From positions 24,758,312 through 24,822,311 of the forward strand of contig CM119266.1 in the NCBI GenBank assembly GCA_051294375.1: DNA of 64,000 nt. Direction: 5' to 3'. Made by a program: the position numbers and the translations under genes. This DNA comes from Paraspadella gotoi (lineage: Eukaryota; Animalia; Chaetognatha). The notes below the pieces were generated by a model, which saw only the letters and a program-made list of their open reading frames with translations, was not told where the DNA came from and did not search any database. This document shows positions 37,982 to 52,020 of the stretch, piece by piece (positions within the stretch are counted from its first letter, which is position 1; every line of letters starts with the position of its first letter).

Positions 37982-39857
37982 GAGCGAAGTCCAGTTATTT
38001 ATGGATGTTAATTCAAAGGGAAAAAAAACGGCTGAAGGAAGAAAGTCTACGTTGAGAGCCGTCGGCCCAAACTGTCGGCCCAAACTGTCGGCCTAAGTCT
38101 CTAAGATGGTTTTCCATTTCCCTTACCCTTCAAAGGCAGACGAAAAAAATAAAAAGAAAACAAATTAGACGATTCCGTTTTAATACCAGTACACACGACG
38201 TTCCATTAATTTATTACTTGAACGACGCGAAAGTAATTTAATTACCTCGATCGATCGACTCGCCTATTTTGTCACAAAATCTTTCGCGGTTTTGTCACGC
38301 TTTGTCGCGCAACGTTAGCCGCGTTTCGCGCGAGCGTTTGTCACGGGTATCCATCGAGTTTTAATTTATTTAATTAATTTTCCGCGCGAAAGTTTTTTTT
38401 TTTCTCGAGTCTTGATCTCGAAGGCGACTCTAGTCAAACGCGTCGATTTTAATTTATTTTCCTAATTTAACAATGGATGTATTTTGAAATAAACAAAAAA
38501 ACTAAATACAAACGAAAACTCAAGAGTGACATTCCAAACGATTTGTTTCCGGCGTCTTTTGATTCGCTTTATTTTTTTCTTTCGCCCGTAGATGGCGAAG
38601 AATGAAATAGTCTTATAACGAACCTGACGTTTGTTATATGAAGTTGATTTTGGAGGGCTTAATTCGCTCCCTTTTTTTTCGTTTTGTCTCCAAATACTAG
38701 GATAACCTTTGTTTAAACTGAATTGCGAACAATTTTGTTATTATTAACATTAAAAGAAGAAAGTAGCAAAAAGGAAAAAAAAGGTTGAGCAAGGTTCCTT
38801 GAGAAAAGAAACTTTATTAAGTCAATAAGTACATTTCACAAATTTTTAAAGCAATATGAGTCACCAGGTCTTTCATGAAAACAAAACCAAAAATTAAATA
38901 AAACCGAGGGGGCAAATTTAATGTAACCCTCTCCTATTAACAATTCTTTTTCTGATCTCAATATTTCCGACATTGAATTCCACGAAAAAAAAGTACCGCA
39001 TTATTACTACAAAAATTGTAGTACGCATTATTACTACATAAACTGCCTATGAAACAAAAAAAGCAGAAGAAGACGTGCATGAGCCGAGTGTTTTTGTAAT
39101 TTATTTCAAATTCGTTGTAGTTTTTGTTTGTTTAAATATTTTCTCATTTTTATTTAATGCTTTTGGCGCGCTTTGATACATTTTCCCGCCTACGACCCCC
39201 AAATCTCGACATTTGTAAATAAATCCCAACGGCGATTCTGTTACGTCGTTACTCTCCAACTCATCCCGGTCGAATGGCTTATTTTACTCTCATTTGCTCA
39301 TTCTTTTTACCCAACAAAAAATAATTCCATTTTTATTTCCAAATATTTGAGATTCCGTTCCGTGTGATTTGATCCAAGAAATTATTAATTCATTTAAGAA
39401 TACAATCAAGAATGGTTACTTCGATAAGTATTTTTTCGCAAATTAAAAAAAATGATGATAATTTGAACAAAAAAATCCAAAGAAAATCCTGTTTTACTCA
39501 TGGTTTTTTTTATTTTTTACCGTATTCAGACATAGTATTTATACATAACCAAAATATTGTGTATATACTTTAGCGACTTCCTATTTATGATCTCTCATAT
39601 TTATTAACACGTGTCATCAATAATACGAGTAATTGATAAACGATTATCGCGTCAATAAAAAAATGGAATTGATTTTAATTACCGAGAATTAATTAAAGAT
39701 AACGGGTAAGTTAGAAACTGTGTGGATTTTGATGTGCTGTGCGATTAAGCTTAAACTCCTGGTTACTCTCCCGCACTTTCCTTAACCCAGCTCTTTTAGG
39801 TCAGTGGTCATCTGTCTCAGGACTGATCGGCCTGTCTTTAAGGCTGTAAACTCCTGA

Positions 39858-39963
<106 letters not shown>

Positions 39964-40645
39964 CAAGCCTCTATTCCACCTCATCTCCTTCCCTCGACAC
40001 GCGATGTTGTCATCGACGACGACAACGACGACGACAACGATGACGACGACGACGTCAACGACGACGACAACGATGACGACGACGACGTCAGGACCTTAGA
40101 GTCTCGAACGTCAGCGCTTGATCTACAACTTTGACGCATCCGGTGGCCGCAAAAGGTTTCGCTCCCAGTCGTTCGTCGACGCCGCCGTTTTCGACGACGA
40201 CGACGACGACAACAACAACAACAACGACAAAAAAGCTTGAGATGCCAATTTGCCAAGTTCAATGCTACCCTGCCAATAATATAATATAATATGATAATAA
40301 TAATATAATATAATAGAATTCGATTTCCATGCCAACGCCTGCTATTCACTCAAAGCCCTGCTACTCACCTTTAATTCCAAACTTTCTCTCCCCTAATCAC
40401 CCAAACCACGTAACTGCTCCTCCAAGGGATTATAAATCAATCTATTTCATCTATTCCCATCATATTTAAATATTTTCTCTAATTCTTAATATTTATTTCT
40501 GTCATTTTCATTCTCTGGTCCTTTTCTGACTTTGGATCCTTCCAAGACTAAGTTTATGAAATACAATAGCTCGATTTCTCGAGTATTTTCGCTGATTCCT
40601 ATGATTTTTGGGCAGAGACGAGAGAGAGAGAGAGATGCGAGAGAG

Positions 40646-40703
<58 letters not shown>

Positions 40704-40953
40704 ACGAGGGCAAGTTTGTTTGTTTCTCCCGTTTCTTTAAGCTTTTATTTTTATGCGATTGTTATTTTTCTTTTTTTCCCTTTGCCGTAATTTCGAGTCT
40801 CTTGAGGGAGTCGAGTAGCTTTTTATTTTTTTATTTTTTTCTTCTCCCCCCTTGTCTTTTCTTTCTTTCTTTCTTTCTCTCTCTCTCTCTCTCTCTTTTT
40901 TCTTTTTCTGTTCTTTTTTTCTTTTTTTAATTCTTACTTTCTTCTCTTTCTTT

Positions 40954-40986
<33 letters not shown>

Positions 40987-41058
40987 TTTCTCTCTCTTCT
41001 CTCTTTTTTCTTTCTTTCTTTTTTTCTTTTTTAATTCCTTCTTTCTTTCTTTTCTTTT

Positions 41059-41094
<36 letters not shown>

Positions 41095-42340
41095 TAATTC
41101 TTTCTGAATTTCTTTCTTTCTTTTTTGTTTCTTTCTGAATTTCTTTATTTCTTTCTATTTTTTTCTTTTTCTTTCTTTCTTTCTTTCTTCTTAAGATCCA
41201 CGTCAAAACTTAAACTTTTCCATCAACATAAAACTCGAAAAGAAATAAACCCGTTGACCTTAGTTTTGGGGGAAGGTAGGGGGAGGGGGGAGCAATGAGA
41301 CAAACAGAGGCTGGCGGGTCGGCATGGGTGGATGGAATGAAGGGGTGCTGTAGCACAGAAAGGATGAGGTGATACACCCTGAGAGAATGACTCACTTGTG
41401 TTATAGGTGATAGGGGACACCTGGTAAATGCCCTTTTTAATTAACTTGAGCACCCGAAGAAAGAGAAGTGGTTCACATAAAAAGATAACAATTTTTTTGG
41501 CGTCTCCCTTGTCGAAATTGTTCAACTCAAACGTGGCCCGGATAAAAAATAAATTTAAGTCTTTTATAAACAAAAAAAATAAGCGCATTGAAATTTGAAC
41601 TTTGGGATTGAAGGTTCAGGCAAAAAAAAAAAACGTTCTAAGATAAAAAGTTTTAATAAAATGTTCTTATATCTTAAAAATCGAAAAAGGTAACTAGGTC
41701 GACTGCCTCAGTTCAAAAAATTCTCTCTCAAAAAAAAAGTTAAATCGTTTTATCAGTGACGTCTTTATCGGTTATTTCTACCGTAAAGGTCATTTTACAC
41801 AAAGCCAAGGAAATTGTCTTTTATAAATCTTGTTTCGGACTTAAAAGAACCGATTTGGAGTTTGTTTTTTTTTTATATTTTTGCGAGGTGGTTTTTCTAG
41901 CACTCGTTCGATCCGAAATTTGGTTTTTAATCAGAATGGCTGCGAATTTAAAGCAGGAAGCAACTTCCAAGAAATTGTGTGGCTAATTTTGACAGCGGTT
42001 GTAGATTCAATTCCTCTGCGGTATTGCTTGGTGAAGATGCCCTTTAATAAGTTGAGCAGCTGGACAAAAAATAAGGAACCGAGAAAAAAAGAATTTCGGT
42101 CCAACGAACACCATGCATTCAACGAAGACGTTTACGGTCAGCGTCTCCTAGCGATGGCGCCTTCAGCCCCGCGACCCATTATGATATCACTACACGACTG
42201 ACTCGACGACGGGAACGCCGACGATGAGGACGACGACAAAAGCGACGACGAACGAGACGACGACATTAACGATAATGCCGGGGATTTTTTAGGGAGGCGT
42301 GTCTCACTCTACAATCATCAACTCGCATCATTCTTTCCTC

Positions 42341-42379
<39 letters not shown>

Positions 42380-42585
42380 TCCGGAGAAGGATCTGGCTTG
42401 TCTTGCTTACCCTCTTATAAATGTTCTGTTTCTGCTTTGATTCACTTCTGTCTAAAATCTGGACACCGTCTTGCGCTTGTTCTTAGTGAAATAAATATCA
42501 TTGGTTTTCTGTTTGAAATCCCTGTTCTCTACTTACTAATGTTTTTTATAATTGCAACAAACATATTTCCACTACGTATCCACAG

Positions 42586-43394
42586 TACCGCTGCGAACCG
42601 TGCTCAGGCTCAAGCAAAAGCGGCGGCACATCTCCCAAAACCGTGAGTTGCGCAAAAACTGTTTAGAACGAAACGAGTGCACAGGGTAACAGTTAAACCA
42701 TTTTCACGTTAAAAAATATTTTGGAATTTTGAAAAACATATGTTTTATCGAGTGATTACTGATGATTTTCTGATTTCTCAAACTTTAGACACGAAAGATT
42801 TAAGCAATAGAAAACTTACTGACAAAACAACTCCAATTCTCCCCACCCCCACGGGCTTTGAGCTGAACAGCGATAACCGGTGTCCTTGAGGATCAAGTGT
42901 GCGCCCTGCGTTTTCGTGTGAACAACGCCTTTTGCGCCTAAGAACGCGACTCCTTCCGCCGTCAGTTCGACCAGGTTCGCTGCAGTTGCAACAACGGCAA
43001 CTACAACAGCAATCCCGCCGACGCCGCCACCAGTCTTCTCCGCCGTCTCCGCCGCGCGTCGGCGGGAAAACGCCTCGTGTCCCTCGTGGGCGTGCGCGGT
43101 TAACGTCAGAGACGGTCACATGGACAGTGCAACACACAACACGGCAGCAACACAAGAGTACCCGGGCGAAAACGGAACGCGGGTCATCGGCCCACCTGAG
43201 CGGGCTCTGTCGTCTCGAGGCGCGGCACTTCTCATCGGTCTCTTCGTTCCGGGTCGCCGCCCGACACCTCGGCCGACCGCGCCCGGGCGCAGCCGCAGCC
43301 GTCGTGACCGGACGACCGGTCAGTGAGGGGGCGGAAGGCTGACAGACGGGTGGTCTCGACGACCGTCAATGGCGGCGGGGCGTATCTGTGGTGA
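42586..43394 (+). pseudogene. MAF: Third, 3'-partial copy of the large Maf gene (exons 3-4 only), heavily frameshifted; probable raw-read gap fill
   Basis: gctcaggctcaagcaaaagcggcg and cttccgccgtcagttcgaccagg match exons 3 and 4; lies in the direct repeat 42541-47960 of 37130-42375. Confidence 0.75.
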
Positions 43395-45359
43395 TGAGCG
43401 AAGTCCAGTTATTTATGGATGTTAATTCAAAGGGGAAAAAAAATGGCCTTAAAGGAAGAAGTTCTACGTTTGAGAGCCGTCGGCCCCAACGGTCGGCCTC
43501 AATGTTCTCTAAGATTGTTTTCCATTTCCCTTAACCCTTCCAGGCAGACGAAAAAAATAAAAAGAAACAAATTAGACGATTCGTTTATTACCAGTCACAC
43601 GACGTTTTCCATTATTTATTACCTTAACGACGGAAAAGTTATTATTACCTCGATGATCCGACTTCGCCTTTTTGTCACAAATCCTTTTTCGCGTTTGTCA
43701 CGCCTTTGTCGCGCAACGTTAGCCGCGTTTTGCGCGAGCTGTTTGTCGGGTATCCATCGAGTTTTAATTTATTTAATTAATTTTACGCGCGAAAGTTTTG
43801 TTTTTTCTCGAGTCTTGGATCTCGAGGCGATTTAGTCAAACGGTCAGATGTATTATTTTCCTAATTTAACAATGGTTGTATTTTGAAATAACAAAAACTA
43901 ATACAAACGGAAAATCAAGAGACATTCCAAACGATTTGTTTCCGGCGTCTTTTGATTCGCTTTATTTTTTTCTTTCGCCCGTAGATGGCGAAGAATGAAA
44001 TAGTCTTATAACGAACCTTGACGTTTTGTTATTATGAAGGTTTTGGAGGAGGGCTAATTTCGCTCCTGTTTTTTTCGTTTTTGTCTCCAAATATAGGATA
44101 AACTTTGTTTAATGGAATTTCGCGAACAAATTTGTTTTATTTAACATTAAAAGAATGAAAGTGAGCAAAAGGGAAAAAAAAGGTTTTGAGCAAGGTTCCT
44201 TTGAAAAAAAGGAAACTTTATTAGTCAATAAGTACATTTTCACAAATTTTTAAAGCAATATGAAGTCACCAGGGTCTTTCATTGAAAAAAACCAAAAATT
44301 AATAAAACCGAGGGGGCGCAATTTAATGTAAACCCTCTACCTAATTAACATCTTTCTGATCTCAATATTTCCGACATTGAATTCCACGAAAAAAGTACCG
44401 CATTATTTACTACAAAAATTGTAGTACGCATTATTACTACATAAACTTTGCTATGAACAAAAAGCAGAAGAAGAGCGTGCATGAGCCGATGTGTTGTTTG
44501 TAAGTTTATTTAAATCGTTTAGTTTTTGTTTGTTTAAGATATTTTCTCATTTTTATTTAATGCTTGCCGGTTGAGTACCATTTCCCGCCTAGCGGACGTC
44601 CCAAATTCTCGACATTTGTGAAATAAATTCCCAACGGCGATTTGTTACGTCTTACTCTGCCAACTCATCCCGTTGTTTTCGAATGCTTTATTTGTACTTC
44701 ATTTGCTCATTCTTTTTACCCCAACAAAAATTAATTCCATTTTTATTTCAATTTTGAGATTCCGTTGCGTGTGATTTGATCCAAGAAATTATTAATTCAT
44801 TTAAGAATACAATCAGATATGGTTAACTTCATGAGTGTATTGTTTGCGCGAAATTAGAAAAAATATGTGTAATTTGAACAAAAAGATCGCAGAAGAAAAT
44901 CCTGTTTTTACGCATGGTTGATTTTGTTATTTTTACCGTATTCAGACATAGTATTATACATAAACCAAAAATATTGTGTATATTACTTTAGGCGACTTCG
45001 GCTATTTATGAGGTCTCTCATATTTATTAACACGTGTCATCAATAATACGAGTATGATAAACGATTTACGCGTCAATAAAAAAGAGGAATTGATTTTAAT
45101 ACCGAGGAATTAATTAAAGATAAGCGTAAGTTAGAACTGGTGTGGATTGATGTGCTGCTGCAGATTAGCTTAACTCTCTGGTTACCTCCCGCCACTTTCC
45201 TTAACCCAGCTTCTTTTAGGTCCAGCTGGTTCATCTGTGCTCAGGTACTGATCGGCCGTGTTCTTTTAAGGCTGTAAACTCCTGCTTTCTCTCTCTACTC
45301 TTTCTCTTCTCTCCTCTCTTCTCTCTCTCTCTCTCTCTCTTTCCTCTCTTCTTCTCTCT

Positions 45360-45395
<36 letters not shown>

Positions 45396-47927
45396 TCTCC
45401 TCTCTCTCTTCTTCCCTTTTTCTCTCTCTCTCTCTCTCAACCCAGCCTCTATTCACTCATTCTCCGTTCCCTCGACACGCGGATTGTTGTCATCGACGAC
45501 GACAACGAACGACAAGACGAAACCGGACGACAACGATGACGACGACGACGTCAACTTGACGACGACACGATGGACGACGGACGACGTCAGACCGTTAGAG
45601 TCTCCGAAGCGGTCAGCGTTTGATCTACGAGACTGTTGACGCATCCGGTCCGCAAAAGGTTTCGCTCCCAGTCGTTCGGTCGACGCCGCCGTTTTCGAAC
45701 GACGGACGACGACGGACAACAAACAACACGACAGAAAAGAAGCTGAGATGCCAATTTGCCAAGTTCAATGCTACCCTGCAATAATATAATATAATTTGAT
45801 AATATAATATAATATAATAGAATTCGTTTCTGCCAACGCCCTGCTATTTCACTCAAAGCCATGCTACTCACCTTTGAATCCAAAACTTTCTCTCCCTATC
45901 ACCCAAACCACTCGTAACTGCTCCTCAAGGATTATAAATCAATCTTTTCATCTATTCCCATTTCATATTTAAATATTTTCTCTAATTCTTATATTTATTT
46001 CTGTCATTTTCATTCTCTGAGGTCCTTTCTGACTTTGGATTCCTTCCAAGACTAAGTTTATGAAATACAAATACTCGATTTCTCGAGTATTTTCGCTGAT
46101 TCTCTTGATTTATTGGGAGACGAGAGACGAGAGAGAGAGCGAGAGAGAGGACGAGAGAGAGAGAGAGAAGGAGAGAAGAGAGAGAAGAGAGGAGTAGTTA
46201 CGAGGGCAAGAGTTTGTTTGTTTCTCCGTTTCTTTAAGGCTTTAATTTATGCGATTGTTATTTTCGTTTTTTCCCGTGTTGAGCCGTAACTTTCGAGTCT
46301 CTTGAGGGAGTCGAGTAGCTATTTATTTTTTTATTTTTTTCTTTCCCCCCCTTTCTTCTTCTTTCTTTCTTTCTCTCTCTCTCTCTCTTCTCTTTTTTCT
46401 TGTTTTTCTTTTCTTGATTCTGTCTTTCTTGTTTCGTATTCTTCTTTCGTTGTCTGTTCTGCTTTCTTTCTTTCTTTGCTTTCTTTCTTTCGTTTCTTGC
46501 GTTTGCTCTCTCTCTCTCTCTTTTTTCTTTCTTTCTTTTTTTTTTTTTAATTCTCTTTCTTTCTTTCTTTCTTTCTTCGTGTCTGTCTTCTTTCTGTTCT
46601 TTTTCGTTTCTTTCTGTTGCTTTTTCTGTGTCTTTAACTTTCTTGAATTTCTTTCTTCTTTTTTGTTTCTTTCTGAATTTCTTTATTCTTTCTATTTTTT
46701 TCTTTTTCTTTCTTTCTTTCTTTCTTCTTAAGATCCCACGTCAAAACTTAAACTTTTCCATCAACATAAAAACTCGGAAAGAAATAAACCCGTTGACCTT
46801 AGTTTTGGGGGGAGGTTAGGGGAGGTGGAGCAATGAGACAAGACAGAGTGGCGGGTCGGCATGGGTGATGGAATGAAGAGGGTGCTGTAGCCACAGAAAG
46901 CGATGGTGATACACCCTTGAGAGAATGGACGTCACTTGTGTTATGAGTGATAGGACACCTGGTTTAGAATGCCCTTTTTAATTAAACTTAGCACCGAAAG
47001 AAGAGAAGTTGGTTCACATTAAAAAGATAACAATTTTTTTGGCGTCTCCCTGTCGGAAATTGTTCAGACTCAAAACGTTGGCCCGGATAAAAAAATAAAT
47101 TTAAGTCTTTTTATAAAGGCAAAAAATATTTAAGCGCATTTGAATTTGAACTTTGGGATTGAAGGTTCAGGCAAAAAAAAAAAAAACGTTCTAAGATAAA
47201 AAGTTTTAATTAAATATGTTCTTATTATCTTAAATCGAAAAATAACTAGGTCGACGTGCGGCTCAGTTCAAAAGAAAATGCCATCTCTCAAAAAAAGTTA
47301 AATCGTGTTTTGTATCAGTGACGTCTTTATCGGTTTATTGTCGTACCGTAAAGGTCAGTGTTTACACAAAGCCAAGGAAATTGTCTTTTATAAAATTCTT
47401 GTTTCGCGACTTAAAAAGAACGATTTGGAGTTTGTTTTTTTTTTTATATTTTTGCGAGGTGGTTTTTCTTGCACTCGTTTTCGATCCGAAATTTGGTTTT
47501 TAATCAGAATTGGCTTGCGAATTTAAAGCAGGAGAGAACTTCCAAGAAGTTGTGTGGCTAATTTGACAGCGGTTGTAGCATTCCATTCCCGCGGTATTGC
47601 TTGGTGAAGGGATTGCCCGTTTAATAAGTTGAGCAGCTGGACAAAAAATAAGGAACCGAGAAAAAAAAAGAATTTCGGTTCCAACAACACCGATCGCACT
47701 TTCAACGAAGACGTTTACCGGTCAGCCGTCTCCTAGCGATGGCCCTTCAGCCCCGCGACCCATTATGAATAATCACTACACGACTGACTCGACGACGGGA
47801 ACGCCGGACGATGAGGACACGCACAAAAGCGACGACGAACGAGACGACGAACATTAACGATAATGCCGGGATTTTTTAGGGAGGCGTGTCTCACTCTACA
47901 ACATCAAACTCGCATCATTCTTTCCTC

Positions 47928-47991
<64 letters not shown>

Positions 47992-48014
47992 CCTCTTTTT
48001 CGGCGACACTCATT

Positions 48015-48140
48015 GCATACCAATCATCTTCCCAATCACAGACCAATCAGCCGTTGTAAGATAACTCCGGTTTCGCCTTCTCGGTCTGTGAAGAGGTGGA
48101 GATAGTGGCGGTGGGGGAGGGGTGGGCGTGGTTTGGATTG
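48015..48140. promoter_or_regulatory. Candidate promoter: three CCAATCA boxes and a GC/KLF box
   Basis: CCAAT at 48020, 48032 and 48043; GGGGAGGGGTGGGCGTGG at about 48114-48131. Motif evidence only. Confidence 0.4.
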
Positions 48141-49105
48141 ACTTNNNNNNNNNNNNNNNNNNNNNNNNNTTCGATCGGAGCCTCGATTTCGATTTGACGA
48201 GCGTTTCCTTCGTCAGTCCGATCCAGTCCTTTCCTTATTAGGATTTTTTTTATCGTCCGAAATGCGGAGATGAGATTCGGAGATGGAAGATGATTATGGG
48301 AGATGGAATCAGAAGATGGAATTATAAGTGGAATCAGAATCGGAGAGATGGAATGAGAGATTGAAGAGGAAACTTATTGCGAATTGAATAAGAACGGTCG
48401 TTGGAAAGATGAAGTGAGAAAATGATTTACGAAGATTTGTTAAGAGGTGGAATTCTAGCGAAGACGGACGGAATACGAATGGAAATGAGGGATTGTAAAA
48501 AGTGTCTTCATCTTGCCCTTATTGTTTCCCCAATTGTTTGTGTTCGACTGTTTCTCGTTTACTGTTAGAGATTAAATGCTGAATCTCTTTTTAAAAATTT
48601 ATCCATTTCATCCAACGTTTTTAGGAGAAAACAAAAGGCGAGAGAGAGAGAGAGAGAGGGGGAGGGAGAGGGAGAGGGAGAGGGAAGGAAAAAGATAATA
48701 GAGAAAAAAAGAACGGTCTGTATGATGACTGTAACGACATCGATAAATCTCAGTTTTTTCTTTGTTTCCAGAACCTATGTTTAAAATCGTCTCTATCTCT
48801 CTCGGCCCAAAACGAGGCCGTGGGAGAGAGGGGGGGACTGGCGGAGGGTGAGCTGGCGAAGAATTTCAAAAAAACATCCCCGTTACCATTAGAAAAGATA
48901 GAAGAGAGAGAGAGAGGGTTTTTTTTTATTTAGACTTTGGACCGTCGGAAATTCCCGCCCACGAGTTTAGCGAAACCTCGGCCCCGTTCGTGGCCGCATA
49001 ATTAAAGTCGAATCATGAGCGATAATTCAGCCGCGGATAAAAACAGGTAAAAATACCATTAAAACGACGAAAAAAAGGAAGAGACGGAGTCGTTGTTGGT
49101 CGTTA

Positions 49106-49138
<33 letters not shown>

Positions 49139-50310
49139 AGTCGTTGGTCGGTCGGAACAATGAAAAGAGATTGAAAAGGACGAGGGGAGGGGGGGGGGCG
49201 AAGAACCTTCCTGGTTAAAGAAATGAAATACGACGTCTCGGCATGGCATGGCGGCATAGCTGAAGGACGGATCGAAGGTCCGACAACTACGGTGCCAAAA
49301 ATTCGTGCTTGGTCGAGTAGAGTCAAAAGCGATTATGAATGATTAGTGGTAAAACAATAGTTCGATTAAGCAAGGTTTTTAATTCCTTTGTTTTTTGGTT
49401 CAATTAATTCTTATTTCAATAATTTTTATATTCAATTCATTAGTAAAAACGGTAGTATATTTTTTTAATCTTAACCAAAAATATGTTATCATTCCCCCCC
49501 CCCAAAAAAAGATTAAAATTTTGTTTTAAAAACACGAAGCAAACATTTCCACGACCATTTCAGTCTTTCCAACAACATCCCTTTATTGCTTTCACCTCGC
49601 CCCGCTTCCCCCCCGCGCCCCTCGTCCACCACGGCGTCGCTAGCGCCGCTTCTAGGCGCTGGCCTCGGCTTCAAAAACAGCGCCGCCTCGCCCGTTAATT
49701 CCCTAAAACATTTTCCCTCATTTCGCCTTCGAGAGTTTTCCCTGTTTTATGAGGTGTGGCTCGATTACGAGGCAGACGACGACGAACGGCGACGAACGAA
49801 CGACGACGGCAAAAGACGAACGACGACGTCGACAATGACGAACGGCGAACGGCGAAAACTGTTTCTTAATGACCGTGGACAATTAAGGCAGAATTCAAGA
49901 TGAAAACATTGAGCTGGAAACTGTTCACTATTTTTAGCCTCTCGCGTTATCCGTCATCTTTTTTCACATTTATCGATATATATTCAACTCCGGTAATTTT
50001 TTCGGTCTTGTTTATTGTGATCGTACTAAATAGTTTATTTGCGTTTACTTTACGCAATACTAGTCTCTCTCCTTTGGCTCTTCTCTCAAATTTTCAGTTT
50101 CACCCAGTGACACCTGACTTCATAATCTGCTTCACTTGTCACATAGTTCGTTCTTCGTCGTGAATGACCCCGACTCCCGTCACCCACTCCCAATTCATTC
50201 CCTTCTCTACCACCCCACCCCCTCGACTCCATCGCTCCCCGTCTCTTTTTACGATCGTCGTTCCGCCGTCAGGTGTAACGCGATTAAGGGGACCCGAGGA
50301 TCGGAGGTCG

Positions 50311-50357
<47 letters not shown>

Positions 50358-50469
50358 TTGACGGTGACTGGAAGATAAACACGCAATAACTGGATTTGTG
50401 TATTTGTCTAATGCCATCCCTTTTCACTCCCTTCTTATTTCACTCTCTCCACTCCCTCGCTACACCGCT

Positions 50470-50553
<84 letters not shown>

Positions 50554-51915
50554 TTTCCGAATGTAGCCGGCGGGGGGCGAAAAGCCGCGCTCTTACGGCC
50601 AATCAAACCGGATAATGGATTTTATAAGAGCCCGAAAGGGCACGCGCGAGTTGTGGTGGAGGCGTTAAGGGCCGGGGGGGCGGAGAAAAGTTATTCGTAG
50701 CTATAAGGCGGTGAAGACTTTAGACTTTGTAGAGGTAAAACAAGAATAAGAGCGATGGGAAGAAGTGTCAAAATAGGAAAATCTTTTATTGTATTTTATG
50801 AAAATTTTTAATGTTAAATACAGGCCCCTCTTGTTTCCTACTAACTGATCAATTATCGTTGAGAGTTGAGCAACTAACTTCTTACACCTCACTAGCGCTA
50901 TCTTAAACTTTCCTCCTATTCATCAACTGAATTGTTATCGCCCATTTACCAAGTTGTTCGTAACTGGCATTGCCGTCTAAAGCTGCTTTTATTGTTTCGC
51001 GGTACGCAATAATGTTTCCGACTACATATTTTTTTGTCATTTTACTACTTTTTCACTTTTTAAAGCTTGTGGAAAGATTATTTAACGATTGTCAAACTTT
51101 TGTCTCGATTCTCTGTTGAGGATGGAGTTGAGATAAATTGATGCATGACATCAAAACGTACCTCTATTGTTGATCTCAAGATTTGTGACCTTATAAGGTC
51201 TAACCGAATTGTTTGTGCATCGTTGTAGTATGATGCACGTATTTCTCGAAACGTAAAACATTACAGATAATGTATTTAATCTAGTCAATGTTTTATTTAT
51301 GTTTATCCATGATTTACGTACAATTAGGGTCTCAATTCTCCGACTTGGATCGAGTTGAGATCGATTACCTAAACTGACGAATACTTTATACTACGTATAT
51401 TTGTATTCTCAACCTTAAAAAGAAAACTTATTTATACGTTTCAGCGCTCGTTACATTGCTAAATTGCTCGCACTTTTTTAAAACAAATATATAGTTATAT
51501 ACGTAAACCTTTTGAAAACGCGGCGCTTAATCGTTAAAATACGTTGCATTCAGTTACAACAGTTCCTACAGTCTTAGCTCCAGCAGCTCCTACAGATATT
51601 TTACCATAAAAAAAAAAATTTGAGCCTGATTTATTGGTTGGATGTAGTCGAGCCTGGACGAGACGCCTCACCTCCTATGATGCATGACATTTGAAATAAT
51701 AAATGTCCCAATCTCTCGACTTCAAAAATTCAGCCGGCTGCGACCGGCGTTGATTGAATATGAGATAAACGGTTGTTTATCATTACATAGTACAATTCGG
51801 GTAGAAAAACTTTGCTTTTCGATTAGACTGACCCCTGGTCAATTGTTTATGCCATTGTATTACTACCTGAACCCATGTCGCATTGAACCGAGTTTACTAC
51901 TATTAATTATTTTCG

Positions 51916-52020
<105 letters not shown>

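Noticed and set aside
38063-38095. 13-bp tandem duplication GGCCCAAACTGTC in the Maf 3' UTR of one copy only
   Set aside because: A minor indel polymorphism or consensus error with no functional indication.
41881-42345. Possible acidic coding exon (LDDGNADDEDDDKSDDERDDD)
   Set aside because: An in-frame TGA precedes it in both copies and it is explained by a degenerate GAC microsatellite.
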